Part shown: one piece after another, positions 26,401-37,975 of the stretch
How positions within the stretch are numbered: the stretch's first letter is position 1
Layout: each line of letters begins with the position of its first letter
Source: Paragordius varius
Lineage: Eukaryota > Animalia > Nematomorpha
Assembly: GCA_964247055.1 (NCBI GenBank)
Contig: OZ176058.1
Location: forward strand, 2,108,001 to 2,172,000
Direction of reading: 5' to 3'
Length of the DNA: 64,000 nucleotides
Made by a program: the position numbers and the translations under genes
Notes under the pieces: model-generated
Databases searched by the model: none
What the model was told of the DNA's origin: nothing
Seen by the model: only the letters and a program-made list of their open reading frames with translations

Positions 26401-29400
26401 CGTTCCGAAGGCTTACCCTGGCCCGGATTTATATGAATTACGTTTCGCCATTTAGCAAACGTGGCACCATCGCGGGAAAAACGGGCACATCGTTCATTCA
26501 AGTCTTCAAGACCTGCGGTTTGGGTTTCACCCTCTTTGGCCCCCTCACCCTCCAGGGGTCGGACACCCTTATCGACTTTAATGCCAACTTCGATTCCTAT
26601 TGAAATTTAATAGAAAATTTAAAATCAAAAATAGTAATTTCATTCGTAAAAAGATATTTTTTCATCAGAGCTAAGAGATTTTCAATGCTAAGGTAAGTAA
26701 ACTTCAATTTAGAACGAAATATTAAATGAAAATGCAACCTTTTTGAGTCTTTTCCAGTAAAAAAGCAACTTTTTCCTAAATTAACCAATCTCATGTTTAT
26801 AACTACTAAAAGACAAATTTGACAAAAAGTATCAACTTTTGTTTCGACATTAGTTCCTAAAGAAAACCAAAACTTTTTTGTGAAAAAAAGTTTTTAAACG
26901 AGCACATCGTTCATTCAAGTCTTCAAGACCTGCGGTTTGGGTTTCACCCTCTTTGGCCCCCTCACCCTCCAGGGGTCGGACACCCTTATCAACTTTGATG
27001 CCCACTTCGATTCCTGTTAAGAACATTTTTGATTTTGAATAAAAAACATAGTAATTTGTTATAAAAATTTCATTTGTAAAGAAAGCTAAAAAGACATTTT
27101 AAATGGAATATATCAACAGCTAATTACTTCGATATATTACAGTCATGTCTTTATTTTATCAAAAAAATTTTGATTTTGGATATATATCAACAGTAATCAC
27201 CAATTACAGTGAAATATTAAATGAAAATGCAACATTTTTGTGTCTTTTCCAGTAAAAAAAGTTTTTTCTGAAAATAACCAGGATTTCACCCTCTTTGGCC
27301 CCCTCACCCTCCAGGGGTCGGACACCCTTGTCAACTTTAATGCCCACTTCGATTCCTTTAAAAAAATTAAAAAATTTTGATTTTGTAAAAAAAACGATTC
27401 AAAATTTGAATCTCATATATGAGTCAAAGTTTAGATCAAGAATATCAGAATATTAAAGAGCATTTAAATGGTACGGGTAAGTATATCAACTTAAATCACC
27501 AATCGCTGTGAAATATTAAATGAAAATGCAACATTTTTGAGTCTTTTCCAGTAATAAAAAGTTTTTTTTTTAAAATAACCAAGGTTTCACCCTCTTTGGC
27601 CCCCTCACCCTCCAAGGGTCGGACACCCTTGTCAACTTTGATGCCCACTTCGATTCCTGTAGAAAGAACATTTTTGATTTTGGATAAAAAACCTAGTAAT
27701 TTCATTCGTAAAGACATATTATATAAAATTTAACTGATCTAAAATTTGACTCTCATATATGAGTCAAAGTTTAAATCAAGAAAATCAGAATATTAAAGAG
27801 CATTTAAATGGTACGGGTAGTATATCAACTTGATTCACCAATTACTGTGAAATATAAATGAGAAAGCAACATTTTTGAGTCTTTTCCAGTAAAAAAAGTT
27901 TTTTTTGAAATAACCAGGGTTTCACACTCCAAGGGTCGAACACCCTTGTAAACTTTAATTACTGTTAAAAGAACAAAGAAAATTTTTGATTTTAAACTTA
28001 AAAATATCATTCGTAAAGAGATATTTTCATAGCTTTTAAATGGTAAAGTTAAGTATTTCAACTTTATTCACCAATTACAGTGAAATAATAAATGAAAATG
28101 CAACATTTTTGAGTGTTTTCCAGTAAGTACAGCTTTTTCCTGAAATCAATAAAACCATCATGTTTATAACCACTAAAAGACAAATTTGACACAAAAAGTA
28201 TCAACTATTGTTTCGACTTCATCTTACACAAAAACAGAATTTTTTTATGTAACAAAAAGTTTTTTAACACACACTCTTCATTCAGGTCTTTAAAACTGGC
28301 AATTTAAAATTTCAGCCTATATAGCGCCTTCGTTTTCTAAGGGTCGTACACACTTGTCAACTTTAATTTCAATTTCAATTCCTAAAGAAAAATTAAGAAA
28401 AAACTTTTTGATTTTTATTTTTGATAGAAAAAAATGAAAAAATTTGACAAAAAACAGTCAGTGATTACTAAAAGATGGTATTTTTTTTAAAAAAAATCAA
28501 ATTTTAATTGCTAAATTAAGGCATTTCGAACCGAACTTTATTTATTAAATTCATCTATTGAAAACAACAGAAAACTTTCATAATAAGAAACATTTTTATA
28601 AATCATATTAACTTTAACGACTGAAAAACACCCACCGACCCTTATCAACTTTTGAATTCCAATCCAATTTTTTGAGTTTACAGTGGGAATAAAATTGAAA
28701 AATATTCGACCAAAAAACAGAATAAAACTCTCATGAGAAAAAAGCATTTTTAGAAAATAATTAATCATATTGATTAATTTTGCAATAATATCGCCCGCCT
28801 CAACGCAAAATTTTTAAAACTTTTCTAGGATAAAAAAGTTTTAAAATGCTAAAGAAACTTTTAGAGTAATAAAAACTTATTTTTCCAAAAAAACCAATCT
28901 AATTAGCTAAAATGAGACACAAACGGACGTGTCGCGAAATTTAATTTTGAGATTTAAAATATTTGTTTTGAGATTAAAACAGCTGTTTTCGTGATATTTA
29001 AATATATTTATATATATATATATAATATATATTAAATTACATCAAAACAATGTTGTCAAATCAATTTGTTGTTTAATAAAACAAAAAAAACATAAAAAAT
29101 TATATATCATCAACAAAAAAAATTTTCAAAATATGAATCACTAATTATTGATTTTTCGATTACGCAGAAAATAGGAATTTTGAAATAAAGTTGTTGATTA
29201 AACACTTTTTCTTCAAAAAAATAAATATCGAATATTAATCGATATTTCAAAGTCTACTTACTATGTTGTAGAATTTTAACATTACAAAAACTTATTATTT
29301 GGTCTTAACATTAAAAGACCAATAATACTCGGTTAACTTATAATAATTATCAATCTATATTCTTAAGGTCAAAACGTCAATAAATTAAAAAAAATTTAAT

Positions 29401-30243
29401 CACAAAACTCACATATAACTGTCCTTTATATTAAAAGTTTTCAAAATCCAAAAACTTATGGATATAGCACGGAAAAATAATTCTATAAAACCCAAATTTT
29501 AAATACTTTTCAAAAAACCATCTTTTCAAAACGCAATTTTTTAAAAGATGCCTTCTATAAAATATTTATTATAAAACTGAAATGGAAGTTTCTAATATTG
29601 AATACATTTAAAACTTTTCATTTAAAACAAGATAAACTTTATAAAAACAAACATGATACACCATTTACAATTCAAATTCACCCTCGAACAATTCAAATTC
29701 ACCCTTAAAAATATATTATGTGTTTTTTATCTAACATAACTCATCATTACTATGAAATATATTTTTACGACATAGTTTATTTATATCTTTTTTAAACAAA
29801 TCTCATTATTTAAACATATTAAGGAATAGTGGTAATTATAAATCTTAAAAAACACATAATTCATTTTTCGAGGGTGAATTTGAATTGTTCAAGAGTAAAT
29901 TTGAACTGTAAATGGTATATAACATATCTAAAGTATCATAACTACCTAAGCTTTTGATTAGGTCACGGAACAGCTGACCGTTATCGGTTTTTTGATCAAA
30001 CGTTTCCTCAAAGAAAATGATGCCGCCAATGTACTTACCCAGCTCGGGGCTAGCCGTAAAAAACATGTTTCGATACTGTCTACGATTTTCCTCATTATTT
30101 TCAATGTGGATTTCATTGAATTTCTTAGGAACCGAAGTATTACTTTCATCAGCTGCTAAAATACCCTTTCCAGGGGCCACGATTCGCCCAGCAATATCAA
30201 CCAAATGTTTACGTTGTTGTTCATTCAGGGGTGAATTTGCCAT
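15276..30243 (-). CDS. ALDO: Fructose-bisphosphate aldolase class I, 6 exons (29946-30243, 26346-26596, 22828-22911, 21310-21484, 16669-16793, 15276-15449), 1107 nt / 368 aa
   Basis: Manually spliced; all five introns GT-AG and phases match (1,0,0,1,0). Motifs [36 protein letters not shown] (Schiff-base Lys), [15 protein letters not shown] and C-terminal Tyr (ANRAY*) are all present. Confidence 0.97.
15560..16560. repeat. Tandem array of MITE-family-F right ends in aldolase intron 5
   Basis: About 6 head-to-tail copies of ...ttgtctttatatttttacgttttgttcgtccgtataatttcaatttttactgta. Confidence 0.8.
16669..16793 (-). CDS. ALDO: Aldolase exon 5 ([13 protein letters not shown]...[13 protein letters not shown])
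   Basis: Acceptor ttccag|GA, donor CAG|GTACCA; 125 nt. Confidence 0.96.
17110..17740 (-). repeat. Two echoes of the aldolase exon 5 acceptor and first 21 codons
   Basis: About 17123-17190 and 17670-17740; about 550 bp unit. Confidence 0.93.
18040..21300 (-). repeat. Satellite-like tandem units (about 290 and about 330 bp) filling aldolase intron 4, carrying exon 4 fragments
   Basis: Donor echo cttacccgc(g/a)acagcagg near 19385, 19965, 20270, 20570 and 20845; internal exon 4 fragment at 19030-19090. Confidence 0.88.
21310..21484 (-). CDS. ALDO: Aldolase exon 4 (VLAQQYKAL...[12 protein letters not shown]...PPAVA-G)
   Basis: Acceptor tcacag|GTC, donor G|GTAAGA; contained in ORF 21269..21523. 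Confidence 0.96.
22828..22911 (-). CDS. ALDO: Aldolase exon 3 ([28 protein letters not shown])
   Basis: Acceptor ctgtag|AAT, donor AAG|GTATTC; 84 nt. Confidence 0.96.
23480..26345 (-). repeat. Five echoes of the aldolase exon 2 3' end and donor, most units including a family-D MITE
   Basis: cataccttttgacaaataagggcatactgggcc-like copies near 25700, 25052, 24486, 24032 and 23502. Confidence 0.93.
25243..25643. mobile_element. Two adjacent MITEs (family C 25243-25450; family B 25468-25643) inserted in (TA)n in aldolase intron 2
   Basis: C: catgtatgtttagaattgtcaaacatacg ... cgtatgtttgacaattctaaacatacatgactg. B: cagtagcgtatggagtaaaagattgttagtgc ... gcactaacaatc. Confidence 0.82.
26346..26596 (-). 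CDS. ALDO: Aldolase exon 2 ([11 protein letters not shown]...FAKWRNV...YALICQK)
   Basis: Acceptor caatag|GA, donor AAG|GTATGA; 83 open codons. Confidence 0.95.
26597..28670 (-). repeat. Six echoes of the aldolase exon 2 acceptor and 5' part
   Basis: Copies near 26900-27015, 27284-27357, 27585-27658, 27918-27962, 28280-28385 and 28600-28660. Confidence 0.92.
29946..30243 (-). CDS. ALDO: Aldolase exon 1 (MANSPLNE...[10 protein letters not shown]...DLIKSL-G)
   Basis: ATG at 30243; donor G|GTAGTT at 29945; matches the first 99 aa of ORF 29845..30243. Confidence 0.96.
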
Positions 30244-31504
30244 TTTTTAGGTTAAGTTTAGTGGTTAAAGTTTAGTGTTTGATTGGATGATTGAATCTAA
30301 AATTGATGTTGATTAATATGTTTAGAAAAAAAAGGTAAGATTTAAGAGGGTAGTAATAACACAAGGCACTCGTTATCTTTTATATTTAAATATAAGAATG
30401 AAAAATTTAGTTTAATTTTTGCAAAAAGTAATATAATTTTGAAAGTATATTAAAACTTTTTCTTAAGAAATTAGTAAGTAACTCATAAAAAATCCATGTA
30501 AAATAAACTTTAAGGTATAAAAACAATTAAAATATTAATTATAATATGTTTTTTTAAAAAGGATACATGAAGGTTAAAAAACTAACTGTTGAGATGGATG
30601 TCGAATGGTAAATCCTGTTAAAAATGTATGAATGAATTTTTTATCCAAAAGATGTTGCCAATATAAAATAATTTAAACATAAACATAACACAGTGTACAA
30701 AAGGCAAATTATGAAAAATAAATTGATAAAATAGATCTATTCTGTTAAAAAAATGTATCAGGATTATCATGGTGCTTTTGGTTTTGATTCATACAAATGA
30801 ATAAAAAAGTTACATTTTTGTATTAAGGGCTCCATATCAAAAAATGGCAAAATTTGACCACATTATAATATTTTTGATGAAAGATTTGCTTCCATAACTA
30901 CTTATCACATGCAAAATAATATTTTATATGCGGTTCTGAAGGTCCCAAAGTTTTTCCTCTTATAAAGACTAGTTTTTCAAAATAAAAGCATGAATGTTGT
31001 AATTTTGCAATAAATTTACAAATCTATGCTAATTTAAGACGTAAAAATTTATTATTTTAAATAATTAATATTTTTAGAAAAATTCAATTAGCAATGATTT
31101 GTTAAAGCGTACTACCTACTATTTTTAGCTGATAGAAACACTAATAATTTAAAAACACTTAATTGGATAATGCTTAATATTTGAATCGCTCCAGTTAAAA
31201 GTTTCATCGCACTATCCTGGCATTTTTGCGTTTATTTTAAAAGGAGTCGACCGTTTTAGAAGATAAAAAAATTTGGGTATTTCAAAGCCCACAATTAAAA
31301 ATTAAAGTTTTATAGAAATATAGTTGTTTAAATAATTTATTATATATGATATATTTTAATGATATTTTGGGGAAGCATTTAGTTTTCATTAAAAAATATG
31401 CTAGAATTTAACCATTTTTTGATATAGCATTTACTAAAAAAGTGTAAATAACTTTCTTATATCGCTCATAAATCCCAAAAAAAAAACCATAAGATGATAC
31501 ATTT

Positions 31505-31546
<42 letters not shown>

Positions 31547-33699
31547 GTATATGTATATATATTTTATTAAATACAACGCACTCATTTTAGTCTTTCTATT
31601 AATATTGGGGTAGACCCCAGAATTGCTTAAAATTAAATATTTTAAAAAAATGGAATAATAGAAATATGCCAGAAGTTTGCGCTATATGACATTAATATAC
31701 CGAAATATAATCAAAAATTTATTCAAAAATACTTGATATTACTTAATCAGAGTAAAACCCCAAGGTAAAAATTTGGGCAGTAACATATGTGCAGAAGCTA
31801 AATATGCCATTTTTTCTGTTTATATCCATGTCAAATGTGGTTTTGATGAAAAAGTAAACTTAATTTTAGGCTAGAATCAAATAAATACGATATTTTGCAA
31901 AAAATATTAAAAAATGGCGTCCGAGTAGTTCGATATGGATCTTTTTTTCCAAAACTCAATATTATTTTGATATTTTGGATTTATATGATTTTTATTAATT
32001 AGGATAGAAGCATACATTTTGGAGCCGTTTCTTCCTGTAGTTTTAAAAATATAACCTAATCTAAGATAATTTGATACCCCAATTCGAATCGAAGTGTAGA
32101 ATTTAAGCTAAATAATATTAAAGATAGTGTGAGCGTTTATTTTTATAATTAATTATATTTTAAACCTGGATTCTGTGCAAGAATTTGGGTGGTATAGAAA
32201 AATATGCTGATGAAATACACATATTCTCATAAATATACGTATAAGAGTTTTCATGGTGTTTATAATTTTGGCCTTACGAATAATTAGGGTTGTGCATTTA
32301 ACTGCTATTTTAAAAAAGTCCGGTCAGACCCAGTCAGACCATGGTCATGACCACTTTTTAATTAAGTAAATATCAAGCAATGATTGTGAAAGTAATGTTC
32401 GAACGACACTTGCGTTTCACTAATGTCATGTTTTTCTTAAAAGTGTATTATACATTTTTTTGATATTTATTATTTACGAATATTTTCAATCAAAATTAAT
32501 CAAGAATTTTGTTTTCAAATAAATTTTGCCACATTGTGGCCTTCTGAATCTTCAAATACACAGCTTTTATGGATATGTGAAATAAATTTTTTTCATCATT
32601 GAAATATCCAATTATAAAATGTTTTATATTTTATTGGTTCAAATATATGGAATAATTGCATATTTTGCAAAGTGCTTGATTGTTTCGTTTTTCCAAAAAA
32701 CTGGATATGCTTAAATGCTAACGTTATCAGGATGCATGACAATTTTTTATTATTAAATAAGTATATTTAAAAAATTTATATTTGAAAAAATATAATAATA
32801 AACAATAAAATCATTCTATTTTTCTTCCAAAACAATTTACCATTGTTTTAAAAACTGCTGTTTTTTCAAACGACCATGGTCCGAAAATAAATAGTGACTG
32901 ACTTGGTTAGAACAACCGTACGAGTAATTGAAGAAATCGCTTTGTGGTAATTTTCCGACGTCAAAAAATCATAATAGCGCATATTATGATTATTTTGTAT
33001 AATCTTAGTGTGCTTTCTTTCAAAAATTAAAATATACCGCACAAGCAAATTAATATTATTATAGGTTTAAGTTTATACATAGGCTCCGAAAGTCTCAAAT
33101 TTAAAGAAACCCTCCCCCCCCCAATAATGGGCTTATTAAATAAACGGAGAAATCAATTTCGCAATATAAATTTAAATAAATGCTAGATGACATAAAAAAT
33201 TAATGAATATTTGCCTATGAAATTGCATTTTATTGGAGAATACTTCATATCATGATGAAAACACTCCTCAAAATATTCTAGAATCGCTTTCCCTATATAT
33301 TTCGTTGATGTTAAACAATTACCTTGTTTTAAAAAATAGGTTAATTTGCTATTGAATTTTAATAAATTTTTGTACAAAATAATTTTTCACTTAGTCTTGA
33401 ATCAGCATCATAGAAGCTTATTTATACCGGTTCTACGATGCTAGATACTATAAGTAGCCTCAACACAATACTCTCCAAAATTAAAATTTCAAGGCAAAGT
33501 TGCATTTTTTCATTTATAAAAGAGGAATAAATTTGTAAATATACTATATTTTGACTGTAAAATCCAGCAAAATTACTGAAAATATACGGAAAAAACGTAA
33601 AAATATAAATACAGATATAATTTTCTAGAGACAATCATTTTTTATACCCTCTCACTTCGGGAGTTATACACACCCTATATCATTCAAAGTTGTAATAAG

Positions 33700-34450
33700 C
33701 TTATTAGTGTGTTCATAAGGTCTTGACAGTTTAAAGAGCAGACAATTAGTTTTATACATGACCATTTTGTTCAACTGACATTAGACGACAAACTCACGTA
33801 AGTTGAAATCACCAAAAACTAACGTCCTATATAATATCATTCGGTAATGTCGAATTTGTGCTGGAAAAGAAAAGTGCTGTTCAAAGTTATCGTTTGTTGG
33901 CAAACATATGGTGAATATGTTTATCGATTTGCATGTGAAACATGATAACGATATATTGAAAGTTGTGATTTCATGATAAAAAAAGTATGGGTGCTCTGGT
34001 AGATGAGATACAAATGCGAAGACGATATAGGGCAAAAAGTATTAAATGATAAATTAACTCAAATCAACAACAATTGGTAGAAGTATAACTTGTGTTATAA
34101 AAAACAAACAGAATATGTCTACGAGCAATAGGAAAGATTCAGAGAATAGGTAAATGGGGACTACACTTGAATGAACACAACAAATTAAAAATTAAAACAT
34201 GTGAAAACCTGCTTAATGGTAGGAAAAGAAATATTTTTTAGCGCATCGAATTGGGGCGGTTGATGAGATGTGGCTTTATTTTGTGAATCCAAACGGGAAA
34301 ATCGTGACTTTCATCTCAAGCCGTTCTATCCACAATATGCTCATTGTCTTGTGGAACTATAATCGTAGTTGAGCACTATAAATTCCGTTAAATTTTTAAT
34401 ACACATCACTATCGTGAACAAACTATTAATTTAAATCAGAGGTCTCTACC
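33700..34450 (+). mobile_element. Decayed mariner (Tc1/mariner, Mos1-like) transposase fossil, 3' truncated
   Basis: Frameshifted, stop-ridden fragments from about 33847: KKSAVQSYRLL, CLRAIGKIQRIGKW-LH-LNEHNKLKIKTCENLL, DEMWLYFVNP. These parallel the Mos1 motifs KKTAAESHRML, RLREMGKIQKVGRWVPHELNE, GDEKWIFFVNP. Possible left TIR near 33703. Confidence 0.8.
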
Positions 34451-34532
34451 ACGCGGCCCTTTAGGATTCTTTATGCCGCCTGTGAAAAATTTGGAAACAA
34501 TAATTTTCCAAAATATGCTCGCATAAAATTGA

Positions 34533-34818
34533 TACAGTAAAAATTGAAATATATACGGACAAAACGTGAAAATGTAAAGACAAATATTTTTTTCAAAAAG
34601 ACAACCTTACATTTTTAATCTTGATTTTTTTGAATATAAGACATTGTTTTAAACTACAAATTATAATATAGAAATGTAAATTGGTAACACAATCAAATAT
34701 GTATTTTACGATTGTAATTAATAGGAGAAATTAAAGTTTAAAAAGTGTGGTTGTCTTTTTTAAAAAATTTGGTCTTTATATTTTTCATTTTGTCCGTATA
34801 ATTTCAATTTTTACTGTA
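34533..34818. mobile_element. MITE family F (TA-CAGTAAAAATTGAAATTATACGGACAAAA termini)
   Basis: Inverted ends tacagtaaaaattg / caatttttactgta. Copies near 1505-1762, 6796-7090, 38600-38890, 39195-39450, plus many solo ends. Confidence 0.82.
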
Positions 34819-35206
34819 ATTCTTTAACAAAATTTCTTACCATGTCAATTCAATTGGAAAATTGTGTTTGCTTTCCACAAATTTATATTTAAAATCAAAT
34901 AACTTATTTATAAACATATATACAAATTTAAAATGCAATATCCGTTTTTTGAATAAGACCCGTGAAGCCATTTGTGTTGGATCCTGATCTAACCCATGCA
35001 TATAGAAAAAACCGGCACGAGCCAAAAAACATGGCAAAATGATTGCGCTACTGGACAATGAATTCTCAGTTTTATATAGCAGCAAAACTAGTGAAAGACA
35101 CCTTAAAATAGTTTCGATGAGAATTTTACTATAACCACTAAACTTAGCGTCATCTATAATAATACAACTTTGCATTAATGAGTGTAACATATGCAAATTT
35201 TATATA

Positions 35207-35440
35207 TACAGTCATGTATCCTATATTTTATCAAAAATTTATTTTTTTTCGTTAAATGGGTATGAATATTTGGTAAAAAATGGAAAAAACAAGAGCTCTA
35301 TGGTAATTCTTATATTTTTTGGATGAAAATGATATTTTTAATACCATAGAGCTCTTGTTTTTTCCATTCTTTAAAAAATATTTATACCCATTTAACGAAA
35401 GAGAATAAATTTTTGATAAAATAAAGGATACATGACTGTA
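35207..35440. mobile_element. MITE family A copy
   Basis: tacagtcatgtatcc...ggatacatgactgta; near-perfect long inverted arms; TA flanks. Confidence 0.85.
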
Positions 35441-35920
35441 TATATTTTGCAAATATGATATAATTTTTAGTGAGATTTGCATTGTATTATTTTCATATTT
35501 TTGCATTATGTAAATATAACATATCCACATTAGTTACTCGAAATTTTTTTGTTTCTTTTTTGATATCCTGCAAATTGGGTTCACTTAAAAATAGTATATA
35601 AGGAGTAAAAAACACATAAATATCTTTCAACTTTTACGATTTATACTTTTTACAATGAGAGAAACCCTTGCAGAGCAGACCACTTCAATAATTTCAAAAT
35701 CATTTGAAAAGGCTGGGCGAAGGATTTTCCTGAAAAATCATACAGTTTCTGCATTCATATATTATCTGCGAGATGGTCAAAATGTCTAGAACAGGGGTAT
35801 TCAATACACGGCCAGCAGCCCGCGATATGGAAAAGATTAATACGAAATTTAAATTTTATCAGGCAAATCTGAATAAGTTTTTCCGAATTTTAGCAAAAAA
35901 CTAACAAAAATTGTTTTAAA

Positions 35921-36196
35921 TATACCATTTACAGTTCAAATTCACCCTTAAACAATTCAAATATTTATTATGGGGATAATTTAACTCATCATTAATATGA
36001 AATATATTTTTACGACGTAGTTTATTATTTTTTCAGCATTATATTAATTTTAAACAGATTTCATATTTTAAAAATATTATAAAATAAAGGTAATTTTTAA
36101 ACTTAAAACACAAATAATTTATTTTAGGGTGAATTTGAATAAAGGTGAATTTGAATTTTACATTTACGAGGGTGAATTTGAAATTGTAAATGGTAT
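35921..36196. mobile_element. MITE family D copy
   Basis: tataccatttacagttcaaattcaccc ... ggtgaatttgaaattgtaaatggtata. Confidence 0.85.
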
Positions 36197-37787
36197 ATAC
36201 AGAATCTTTTCAGTTTTACGTTTGAAATCTAATAAAATATTTTAATGCTTAGTTTGACTCGCTTTTTTGATGTAGAAATGCCGCCTGAAAAGCCATTATT
36301 AAGCTGTAGGATAACATACTGAATTTTATTATTAAGTAATTTTCTTTCAATAATACATGTGTTTGTTACCAAAAAACCGGAAAAAACTTATAAATACACC
36401 CACCTGTCATATTGTAAGGAAAATAAAGGTTTGATAGAGGAGAAAATATTTGTTTCTTTTATTTTTTACGTTTTATTGGTATATAAATCTATTTTATAGG
36501 ATTTAGGTTCTGAGATTTTATGGACTTCTAGGAAAAAACTGAGGTCTGAATGTGTTTATTTTGAAAATCTTTATTCATAACATTTATAAAATTTTACATA
36601 TTATCGATTTTAACAAATTTGAATTAAATTTCAAGTTAAAAGGCTGTCTCACATCTATAGAAGAACATTTACAGTAAAAAGTTGAACTAACTTTAAGTAA
36701 CTAATTAATATACCATTTACAATTCAAATTCAACCTTAAACAATTCAAATTCACCCTAAAATAATTTGTGTTTTCAGGTTAATATAACTTTTATCATTCA
36801 TATGTTATATATCTTTTTAGCATAATTTATTAGTTTTTCAGTATTATATTAATATTAAACAAAATTTCATTTTTTTGAAAATATAAAAAATATAGGTAAT
36901 TTTTAATCTTAAAAAACATATAATTTATCTTTAGGGTGAATTTGAATTGTTCAAGGGTGAATTTGAATATAAATGTTATATATACAATAATTATATTATA
37001 TATTCTTTATTACGGTAAAAATTGAAATTATACAGTGAAAATATATATTCCAACATACAAACTTTCAAAAGACTACCCCACCATACTTTTTTATACCTCA
37101 ATTTTAAATTATATAAATAAATTTGATAACAATTTACATCTTGATTATTAAATTTTCAACTCAAAACAAAAATCAAACAAATTCATTCCTAATTATTCAA
37201 CCCAAGCCCATAAGTTATAATAAAAATCAGGGTTATAAGGTATGGTTGCCTTTGCTTAAAAAAACGATTTTGTCTTTATATTTTTACATTTTATCTGTGT
37301 ATTTTAATTTTACTCTATAAGTAACTTAAAAAAACCCCATGTACCAATATATACAATTATATATTCACATGTTATTTGTCTATATAAATATGAAAAAATA
37401 ATAAATTAAAGTCCTAGTAAAAACACGTTAAATAACACTGTCAGACCTACGTGAAAATAGAAAGACAAATTTTTTTATCAAAAAACAACCCCATACTTTT
37501 TAAACCTTAATTAATACCATAAAAATCATATAATTACAATCGTAAAATATATATATTCGATTGTGTTACCCATATACATCTTTATTATATAAAGCGCAGT
37601 TTTAAATAAATTATAATTAAAACTAAAAAAAGTCAAGATTTAAAAAGTATAGTTGTTTTTAGAAAAAAATATTGTCTCTATATTATTACATTTTGTCTTT
37701 ATTACTTCTCCATAGAGTATAATTTCAATATTGTATATTTATAAAAAAACGTTACTGTTCTTAACAAGAATTATAATAAAATCAAAT

Positions 37788-37975
37788 TTAAAGATTTTTA
37801 AGTTGAAAAGCTAAATTTTCTAATGTTCCACCAGAACTAAAATTTTTATCTCCAGGATTTGCTTTTTCTAAAGGCTGTTCTAAAAGTTGTTCATTAGAGC
37901 TATTTTCTGTAAAATTAATTGTTTTTGAAAATGTATTTTGTGGAGTTGTTTCGGAATCTGCCAATATAGTTATAC
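37788..37975 (-). CDS. UBA5: UBA5 last exon (G-ITILADSE...[12 protein letters not shown])
   Basis: Acceptor tttag|GT; open to TAA at 37788-37790; C-terminus resembles the UFC1-binding LEDLMAKMKNM helix. Confidence 0.9.

Noticed and set aside
22774-26603. ORFs with [12 protein letters not shown] repeats (22774, 22832, 23606, 23844, 23926, 24842, 25060, 25998, 26349)
   Set aside because: Translations of family-D MITE subterminal repeats, echo units or antisense aldolase exons.
27496-28061. ORFs containing [15 protein letters not shown] as extra aldolase genes or mutually exclusive exons
   Set aside because: Truncated echoes with no donor and no other exons; not complete alternative exons.
30377-30384. 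TATAAAAG about 135 bp upstream of the aldolase ATG
   Set aside because: TATA-like words are uninformative in DNA this AT-rich.
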